From: Octopus sinensis
Lineage: Eukaryota
Direction of reading: 5' to 3'
Length of the DNA stretch: 45,554 bases
Assembly (NCBI RefSeq): GCF_006345805.1
Contig: NW_021834697.1
Location: 1 to 45,554, forward strand
How positions within the stretch are numbered: the stretch's first letter is position 1; each line of letters opens with the position of its first letter. Positions 36,953 to 45,554 of the stretch are shown one piece after another. The translations under genes and the position numbers were made by a program. A model generated the notes under the pieces. It had not been told where the DNA came from, did no database searches, and saw only the letters and a list, made by a program, of their open reading frames with translations.

Positions 36953-37390
36953 TTCTTCATTCTTTTCTTTTCTCTCAATCTTTCTCTGTGTCCAACTCCC
37001 TTTTTCTAAACTTTCTTTGTTCCTCCACTCCTCTCTATCTCTCTCTCTCTCTTATCACTTCCCTCTGTCCCTCTCTCTTTCCCCACTTTCTCATTCTCCA
37101 GCTCTCTCTCTCTCTCTCCGACTCCCCCCCCCTCCCACTCTCCCACTCTCCTCCTTACTCCATCTCCCCCCCCCCCCCCCCTCCCCCTCTCCTTCCCTCC
37201 GTCCCTCCGTCCCTCTCCTTCCCCTCCCCCCTCTCTCCCTCTTTCCCTCCCCCCATTCTTCTTCTTCTCCACCTCCCCCTCACCATCCGCTTCCATCTCT
37301 CTTTCCACATCCCACTCTCTATCTCTCTCAGCTCTCTCTCTCTCTCTCTCTTACTCTCTCTCTCTCTCTCTTACTCTCTCTCTATCTCTG
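36640..37390. repeat. About 750-bp polypyrimidine (CT/C-rich) tract
   Basis: Read directly; includes a C13 run near 37146-37158 and many C3-C5 runs. Confidence 0.9.
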
Positions 37391-37854
37391 CCACATCTAA
37401 AGCAGTTTGCTTACTGATCTAAGAATACACTGTAATAAGATTACTTCAAAGACCGAATTGTTATTGACTAATTTTAGCTTCACTTCTTCCTAACCGACGC
37501 ACAGCAACGGCAAACCTAACATATTCACTTTCGAATATTTGTCCTAATCTCAACTAATCTATCGCAATTTCACTCTAATCCACAAGTGATTCAGGATTCC
37601 ATTACGGTTGCCGTGTAGATGCATGGAAGTTGGTGTTATTTAACACCCGGTCACCTCTCATCGAGAAGACCTGTGATGAGGGTATTCCAGTTACGACTAT
37701 GAAGTATCTTTTCTTTATACAATGAACTTAGGACAGCATTATCGAACGGCACTAAGTTGTGATTTGAAAGGGATTTGGTTGCTAATTCTAACAGGTCGAG
37801 CGATCATGTCGGTGATCATTCATTGGCTTCAAGATAGCATAGGAGATGGTGCGT

Positions 37855-38241
37855 GGAGGCGCAATGGCCCAGTGGTTAGGGCAGCGGACTCGCGGTCATA
37901 GGATCGCGGTTTCGATTCCAGACCGGGCGTTGTGAGTGTTTATTGAGCGAAAACACCTAAAAGGCTCCACGAGGCTCCGGCAAGGGATGGTGGTGATCCC
38001 TGCTGTACTCTTTCACCACAACTTTCTCTCACTCTTTCTTCTTCCTGTTTCTGTTGTACCTGTATTTCAAAGGGCCGGCCTTGTCACTCTCTGTGTCACG
38101 CTGAATATCTCCGAGAACTACGTTAAGGGTACACGTGTCTGTGGAGTGCTCAGCCACTTCACACGTTAATTTCACGAGCAGGCTGTTCCGTTGATTCGGA
38201 TCAACCGGAACCCTCGTCGTCGTAACTGACGGAGTGCTTCC
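37855..38241 (+). mobile_element. SINE family B, subtype B1, full length
   Basis: Matches 15274-15654; decayed TSD A(T/C)AGGAGAT(G/C)GTGC. Confidence 0.9.
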
Positions 38242-39087
38242 ACAGGAGATCGTGCAAATGACAGAGAATGGCATTCAATATACTCTACCTATTGTGAATA
38301 TATGAGTTCAAATCAAGCTAAAGACAACTTAAACGTTTCGTTGCATTCTTCCCGTTGTGCGCTTAACGAGGTACCAGTAATATATTGAGGAATGAACAGA
38401 AGAATTTCTTCTTCCCCCTTTTTTTTTATCAAAATATGTCTGTTGCCTCATTAAAGATTAATGGTCATCACGTCCCCACTCCTCTGCCATTGCTCGTATT
38501 GCTATCGTCTGCGCCCAAAAGCAGCCGTGACCATTTTTTTTTAATTGACGAAGAGTAGGTAACAACCTAAGTCTTCAGGATAAAACTATTTCTGAGAGGT
38601 AATATTTATTCCCGCTTAAATGAGGTCATTCTATTAGAACAAACTATACTGCGATAGTTATCATGAGAAAAAAAAAAAGACTCTCGTGTTGGCTTTTGGT
38701 GCAAAATGCACTCTTATCTATATAGCTAGCGGGGAGATAAATTCCCACCACATCCACTACCGAGACCACTAGATCACATGATTTTGACCTTCCTTAAACT
38801 TGTCAATGATGTTACGCTCGACCGCTAGAGATAGCAGCGATTCCTCATCCGACCAGTGATATATAGAGAAATAGTACCAGAACAGGTGCGGGTGTTGCGA
38901 TTAATCAGTTAGTTTGTTAAAAAAAATACATTAGTGACAGAAGCAGTTACTCTTACACAGAGAGGGCCAAAAGTCACACACCAATAAGTTCAGTACACTC
39001 CGGAAACACGCTTCAAATTTTCTAAAATAAAATAAGATAGATAAAATGATGATGAATACACACGTACTTGTACATGATGAATAAAGC

Positions 39088-39160
<73 letters not shown>

Positions 39161-39161
<1 letters not shown>

Positions 39162-39601
39162 TTCTGCTCAATACCACAGATTTGCTTGTCAGTTGTTTGA
39201 CCTTAACCAGTTGAGCATGTCCCTTAGTGGCTGACGATATGTGCATCTCTGATCACGAGCAGAAGTAGTGGGGGAGCATCATAGCCATGTGTTGAGAGGG
39301 ATTCTTTGGGGTTTGAATAATTCACCTCTGGAAAATGGGTGGTTCTTTCAACATCCTTAAACAACCCTTATTCAGGACCTTTGAGCGGGATGGGCTACTC
39401 AACCTGAAGAAATTCTAACTGGGCCCCACCTGCAAGGTCATGTGCTGTTTATCTTAATATGAGATCACCATGTCGCGCACATATGGTTGTGATGCATGTG
39501 CCTGGTGTAACCCTTATCAGACGGGTAGTCATGATGGGTATATTGGCCTTCGTATATTTTACCCCAGTGTCACTTTGATGCATGCACTGCTCTCTCTCTC
39601 A
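39161..39601 (+). mobile_element. Non-coding 441-bp element embedded in (AAT)n (SINE-like, or the 3' UTR of another LINE)
   Basis: (AAT)n on both sides (39089-39160, 39602-39690); its right half recurs at 41165-41379. Confidence 0.75.
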
Positions 39602-39631
39602 ATCATAATAATAATAATAATAATAATATAA

Positions 39632-39690
<59 letters not shown>

Positions 39691-39692
<2 letters not shown>

Positions 39693-41132
39693 GGAAGGAA
39701 TGTTATAGGAGAGTTCGTGCAGTCCTGAAATCTGAACTAAATGCACGTAACAAGGTGTTAACTATAAATTCCTTAGCAGTTCCAGTTGTTACTTATAGCT
39801 ACAATGTGTTGAACTGGAATATGAGTGAAGTAAAGAATATAGATAGAAAAATACGCAAGCTGCTGAGTTGTAATAGGATGCACCACCCAAAGGCAGACGT
39901 AGATCGCCTTTACCTTCCCAGAGCCCAAGGAGGTCGAGGCCTGATCCAATTTGAACTAGCTTACAAAACAACCACAATTGGACTGGCCAATATCTCGAAA
40001 TATCGAATGACTGGATGCTAAAGCTCGTGGAAAATCACGAGAGACGAAAGAAGCTTCATTCTATCATAAAGGAAAGCAAAAAATTTGCTATTGATCTCGT
40101 GCAGGATACCCAAACTGAACAACCCGAGGGAAGTACGGCAACTATTGTTGCAAAGAAGGTGAAAATGATGGCAATGAAGAAAGCGCACGAGCAATTGGCT
40201 GATAGGTGGGAGGAGAAACCTCTGCACGGCAAATATGTGACCCGCAGCAAACAAGCTGATGTTGACCAGAAGCAAACCCATCAGTGGCTACGGAGCTCAG
40301 GGCTAAAAGCAGAGAGCGAAGGTTTCATCCTGGCTGCTCAAGATCAAAGCCTATTAACCCGGAACTACCAGGCCAATGTGATGAAAAATGGAGCAGACCC
40401 AAAATGCCGATTCTGCAACGACATGATTGAAACAGTGGACACCTAATCTCTGGATGTAAGGTCTTAGCACCAGTGGAGTATAAATTAGACATGACAGAGT
40501 TGGCCAATATCTCCACTGGCTAATAAGTCGGCATTACAATATCAAAACTGCCGACAAGTGGTATAATCACCACCCTGAGGCTGTAACTGAAGGAGAAAAT
40601 GTACCATTCTGTGGGACTTTCCAGTACATACAAACCGAACCATCAAGGCCAATAAACCAGATATGTTGTGAAAGACCAAAACAATAAAGTTTGCTTGTTG
40701 ATCGACATGAGCATCCCCTGTGATCATAATATCTCAGCGAAAGAGTTTGACAAGCTCAGAAAATATAAGACCTACTCATTGAAATTGAGAAAATGTGGCA
40801 TCTCAAGGCGGTTACATACCAGTGATCGTAGGAGCACTAGGAATATGATCAAGAAGGGAACCGAAAATTATATGAGAATGATCCCTGGCTTACCATCCCT
40901 GCCAGAAGTGCAAAAGATTGTCTTAACTGGTACATCACACGTATTGAGAAGAGCATTGTCGATGTGAGAACTGTTGCTGCTCATGTATTTTAATTAAAAA
41001 AAAAAAAAAAAGTGAACGAACTATTGAATTTGGTTTAATGGCCTACCAATGTATACTATGAGTTTCTTTGCCCTAGGAGTCGGGAAGACACTCGGCAAGA
41101 AATGGAAGCAAATTTGAAAGAAGAAAAAAAAA

Positions 41133-41133
<1 letters not shown>
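39691..41133 (+). mobile_element. R4/Dong-like LINE, 5'-truncated: RT thumb, CCHC knuckle, restriction-like endonuclease, 3' UTR
   Basis: HHPKADVDRLYLPRAQGGRGL; CRFC..IETVD(H)LISGC; RHDRV; NKPD..VVKD...LIDMSIP..KEFDK; stop at 40965-40967; ends in (AAT)n. Confidence 0.92.
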
Positions 41134-41164
<31 letters not shown>

Positions 41165-41165
<1 letters not shown>

Positions 41166-41379
41166 GATGGGTTACTCAACCAGAAGAAAATTCTAACTGG
41201 GCCCCACCTACAAGGTCATGTGCTGTTTATCTTGATATGAGATCACCATGTCATGCACATATGGTTGTGATGCATGTGCCTGGTGTACCCTTATCATACG
41301 GGTAGTCATGATGGGTATACTGGGCTTCGCATATTTTACCCCAGTATCACTTTGATGGCATGCACTGCTCTCTCACTCA
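41165..41379 (+). mobile_element. Left-truncated copy of the 39161-39601 element
   Basis: About 90% identical by eye to about 39390-39601, with (AAT)n on both sides. Confidence 0.85.
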
Positions 41380-41381
41380 TA

Positions 41382-41455
<74 letters not shown>

Positions 41456-43322
41456 GAGATCAGCTGCTACTGTCAATTATTGCCATAACTGAAGACAGCT
41501 GCAGAAAGAAGAAGGGTCTATGTATGCCAAGATGAATTACCGAAAGGCTTTTGATAGTATTTCCCACACATAGATCCTAGAAGCTCTAGCCATGAACAAG
41601 GTAGCACCAATAATCATAAAATATATTAAACATTTCATGAATAAATAGTAGACAGTGCTACAGCTCCAGACAAAAGAGGGACTCATAATAACTCAAGCTT
41701 TCCCTATTAAAAGAGGCATATTCCAGGGAAACACTACCTCTCTACTCCTTTTCTGCTTGGCACCAACACCTTTATCTGACATGCTAAACAGAACTGGATG
41801 TGAATACAAATGTGACGGCAAAACAATCAGCCATCTCTTGTGTATGGATGACCAAAAACAAATGATAAACAACTGGAAACATTACTACAGACGGTACATG
41901 GATTTACCAAAGAATTAAATATGAAATTTGGCTTAGAAAAATGTACCAAAACAACCTTGAAAAGAGTAAAACTAGTTAAGTGTAGCAACATCACACTAGA
42001 TAAAGCAAATGAAGTAAGAGAATTAGACAAAAGCCAGGCATAAAAATACTTATGAATCAATGAACTAGATACAATACAACACGCACAAATGAAAGAGAAG
42101 ATAAAAAAGGAATACTATAAACGAGTCAGATTAATACTGAAAACAGAGCTCAATGCGAAAAACAAGGTAATAGGTATTAACCCTATAGCCGTCCCAGTTA
42201 TAAGTTACAGCTACAATATTCTTAACTGGACTCTAAATGAACTAATCAAAATAGGAAAACAAGGAAAATAACGACAGGATTTAGAATGCACCACCCAAAA
42301 TCTGACGTAGAAAGGCTATATATATATATTATACACAACGTATCGAAGGTAGTAGAGGTCTTATACAGCTAGAAAACTAATACAAATTAAGCACCATAGG
42401 ACTACAGAAATACCTACTTCAGAAGTAAGAAAAACTAATACAAATAGCCACAAAATACAAACAAAACAAAAAAAAACTGTTTTCAGTCTTTGAGGAAGCT
42501 GACAAATACCAAAAGGAAGTCATAGTACCCCTAACAACTATGAAGAAAAAGAAGAAACAGCAAAAGCTGTAAAACAACTGAAATCCAAACTGAAACTGGA
42601 ACAGCAACGGATTATAATAAAACGATGGCAAGAAAAGCCCCTTTAAAGCAAATACTGGGTTAAACTAAACAGAAAAGAAATAGACAGGCGCAGGAGTGGC
42701 TGTGTGGTAAGTAGCTTGCTTACCAACCACATGGTTCCGGGTTCAGTCCCACTGCGTGGCACCTTGGGCAAGTGTCTTCTACTATAGCCTCGGGCCGACC
42801 AAAGCCTTGTGAGTGGATTTGGTAGACGGAAACTGAAAGAAGCCTGTCGTATATATGTATATATATATGTATATGTGTGTGTGTGTGTGTGTGTGCGTGT
42901 GTGTCTGTGTTTGTCCCCCTAGCATTGCTTGACAACCGATGCTGGTGTGTTTACGTCCCCGTCACTTAGCGGTTCGGCAAAAGAGACCGATAGAATAAGT
43001 ACTGGGCTTACAAAGAATAAGTCCCGGGGTCGAGTTGCTCGATTAAAGGCGGTGCTCCAGCATGGCCGCAGTCAAATGACTGAAACAAGTAAAAGAGTAA
43101 AAAGAGAGAGACAAAGCCAACTCCCAACAATGGCTGAAAAGTTTAGGACTCAAAGCAGAGACTGAAGGATTTTTAATTGCAGTTCAAGATCAAAGCTTTC
43201 CCGCCAGAAATCGCCAAAAATATGTAATGAAAAGAAATACAAGTAACTGTAGAATATGTGGAAATGGAAAAGAAACAATAAATCATATTGTCTCTGGCTG
43301 CCCAGTCCTGGCAGAGAAGGAA
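41456..43322 (+). mobile_element. Older R4/Dong-like LINE fragment (RT core to CCHC), interrupted by SINE A
   Basis: NYRKAFDS, IKRGIFQG, ISHLLCMDD, YYKRVRLILKTELNAKNKV, HHPKSDVERL, CRICG..ETINHIVSGCPVL; many stops and frameshifts. Confidence 0.88.
42687..43108 (+). mobile_element. SINE family A, full length, nested in the LINE
   Basis: Intact A/B boxes and tail; only a 5-bp AGACA duplication; the LINE frame resumes (KEID|KANSQQWL). Confidence 0.93.
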
Positions 43323-44351
43323 TTTTCCCGAAATTTCATGCAGTGCTTGTTAAAATTGTTGTTTTTACGATAATTCGATATAATCGCTATGCCTTTCTTA
43401 AAACACAGATTGATATATACTCCTGAAAGATGTGATATTTTCTCTCTCTTGTATACGATAACAATCTCTCCTAGACAACATACGCAGAATCTTTTGCATA
43501 TATATTTCCTTGCAGTTTGATAATGGCTACAAAAGGAGGTACCAAAAGTTTGGGCGAAAACGCAATGGAAAAAAAATGGGGCACAATGAGTAATATTTAC
43601 TGCATTTTTTATTTTGAGTAAAAACAGAAGATTTTTGCACGTGTTTATTACCTTAAATAGTTGATCAGTAAGCAAACAGCCTTCTCTAAATGCATTAAAA
43701 ACACTATAACATATTCAGAATACTATTTTAGAAAATTATCTCCGTTCTGTTTGAGCACACGAGATAAAATTTGTGGGGCAAAATGAGTAATAGAAAATAA
43801 TGTAAATTTATTTCTTCAATTCTCCTGGGGAAAAAAAACAGCCTCATATACATTAATCTCCATTATTAGACGTCAGAAAGACGAGAAATTCAGCAAAAAT
43901 TAAGCTTATCTAAATCACATGGAAAGATCTTGCAAAAATGGTACATGATATGAAATTAATGCAACACAGCTAAATGCAAAAGCTCAACGTAAAATAATCT
44001 CAGTAGCCTCTTCAAGATTTGCTCGCCGACTCTGTTTCGAACTCTCTCAGTTTCAACAAGAACGGCTACGGCGACCAACTTTTATTCTCCCGAATGATGC
44101 AACAGTTGAAAAAGATGATGCAATACCTGAAATATAAATAACAATTTCAAACAGGTGTAGACAAAATAACGAGAAACCAGAAATTCATATTTTGCTCCGT
44201 GAGCTCGTTTTGGCACCTATCATGTGGTCGCACGCGCGTGTTTGCGCGTGTATATCATTTGGGTTGACTTTATTGTGATAAACACTGGACAGCAAAGATT
44301 TTGCTACTGAGGTAAAAGCATGTGTTTTAGACTAAATCAAGGAGGCTGATT

Positions 44352-44409
44352 CCAATCCGCACCCAGAATTTTCCTAGCACGTCAGGATTTTGAGTTATGC
44401 GCATGCGCA
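44352..44409. promoter_or_regulatory. Possible promoter-like motif cluster (CCAAT, CACGTCA, TGCGCATGCGCA)
   Basis: CCAAT at 44352, CRE-like CACGTCA at 44378, NRF1-type palindrome at 44398-44409; no transcript evidence. Confidence 0.2.
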
Positions 44410-44440
44410 AGATATTATAGGCGGTATTATAGGCGAGCAA

Positions 44441-44862
44441 GGCGGCGAGCTGGCAGAAACGTTAGCACGCCGGGCGAAATGCGTAGCGGTATTTCATCTG
44501 CCGCTACGTTCTGAGTTCAAATTCCGCCGAGGTCGACTTTGCCTTTCATCCTTTCGGGGTCGATTAAATTAAGTACCAGTTACGCACTGGGGTCGATATA
44601 ATCGGCTTAATCCGTTTGTCTGACCTTGTTTGTCCTCTCTGTGTTTAGCCCCTTGTGGGTAATAAAGAAATAGGTATTTCGTCTGCCGCTACATTCCGAG
44701 TTCAAATTCCGCCGAGGTAGACTTTGCCTTTCATCCTTTCGGGGTCGATTAAATAAGTACCAGTTACGCACTGGGGTCGATATAATCGGCTTAATCCGTT
44801 TGTCTGACCTTGTTTGTCCTCTCTGTGTTTAGCCCATTGTGGGTAGTAAAGAAATAGGTATT
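44441..44862 (+). mobile_element. SINE family C dimer, 184-bp period
   Basis: Head plus two units that share the private variants ATCGGCTT and TCTGACC. Confidence 0.92.
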
Positions 44863-45106
44863 ATGAAATTTGCTAAAATTAAAGCGGTCTTAATTCAAAA
44901 TTACAGAAATAGCAGCAATAAAATAAACGATGAGAAAGTTTATTATTTAGTTTAGCAATAGATGGCGCTGATGTATTGTGTGCAATCCCAAATACGTCAG
45001 TTTGTTCTTGGTAACTCTCAGTGTCGTCTAAACTGCCGTTACGTGTGGTATATGTATCTCTCGCTCTGCGTGATTACTGTTTTAACTGTGTTCAATGTGT
45101 TAGATC

Positions 45107-45554
45107 ATGAATAGGAGATGCTGTGTGAATCACCCAGACAACTTTTGTTATGCCTGTGGAAAATTTTCTCCGCGTGACCAGCTGAAGAATAATGCAGCCA
45201 AATTAAAAACTGCCTGTATATATTATTTCGGGTGTAAAATTGAGGACCAAGACAAGGAGGGTACCTCATAAATTTTGCACCGTGTGTTGCTCAGGGCTTA
45301 AACAGTGGCTGAATGGAAAACGGAAGGGAATGCCTTTTGCTGTACCAATGGTATGGCGTGAGCCAACCAGTCATGTCTCTGATTGTTACTTTTGCACGAC
45401 CAGTATTAGTCATGAAAGTCATGAATTAGTGGAAGAAGACCATAGCAAAAATTGTGTATGCGGATTGTAAGTCGGCTCTAAAACCGGTCCCACATGACTT
45501 CGAGAACCCTGTCCCAATTCCCCTCTCACATGCTTCACTAGTAAATCTTGATAC
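45107..45554 (+). pseudogene. N-terminus of a Cys-rich DNA-transposon transposase (frameshifted), runs off the window
   Basis: MNRRCCVNHPDNFCYACGKF...YFGCKIEDQDKE/VPHKFCTVC...MPFAVPMVWREPTSHVSDCYFC. I recall this widespread motif set from TE proteins; superfamily label unverified. Confidence 0.75.

Noticed and set aside
35882-37422. Long hydrophobic ORFs (238 aa and 364 aa) that look like membrane proteins
   Set aside because: They are encoded by (ATT)n and CT tracts.
37620-38840. Short matches among about 21995-22050, 26715-26760, 37660-37815 and 38810-38850
   Set aside because: Probably old dispersed repeat fragments, too degraded to bound or classify by eye.
43578-43792. 18-bp direct repeat GGGGCA(C/A)AATGAGTAATA at 43578 and 43775
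   Set aside because: Only two copies, with no inverted partner or TSD found; possibly a TE subterminal motif but unsupported.
43940-44130. Minus-strand acceptor followed by an open frame of about 55 codons
   Set aside because: No donor or recognisable peptide, and open frames of similar length exist on the plus strand.

Overview
AT-rich eukaryotic DNA that is almost entirely repeats. The SINE families look like octopus (coleoid cephalopod) repeats; this comes from my recall and is not database-verified. I recognise no intact host protein-coding gene. Almost all listed ORFs are microsatellite read-throughs or SINE antisense frames. The sequence supports these features: (i) three tRNA-derived SINE groups (labelled A, B and C here), many with 12-18 bp target-site duplications (TSDs); (ii) LINE fragments: two CR1/L2-group 3' ends, one RNase H-bearing I-group 3' end, two R4/Dong-like RT-REL copies in an (AAT)n-separated chain, and a possible RTE scrap; (iii) DNA transposons: a full-length DD34D mariner with both TIRs plus a deleted sister copy, a DD37D maT fragment, a TA-flanked MITE, a Helitron with canonical ends, and the Cys-rich N-terminus of a transposase at the right edge; (iv) three unrelated long foldbacks with 150-210 bp arms. 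The most interesting signals are a compensatorily co-varying 3' stem-loop that ties SINE A to a CR1/L2-type LINE in the same window, a Penelope-type minimal hammerhead ribozyme variant, the (AAT)n-targeted retroelement chain, and SINE C multimers with fixed junctions and a repeatedly reused target site. These are probably local examples or variants of known retroelement biology rather than a proven new system.
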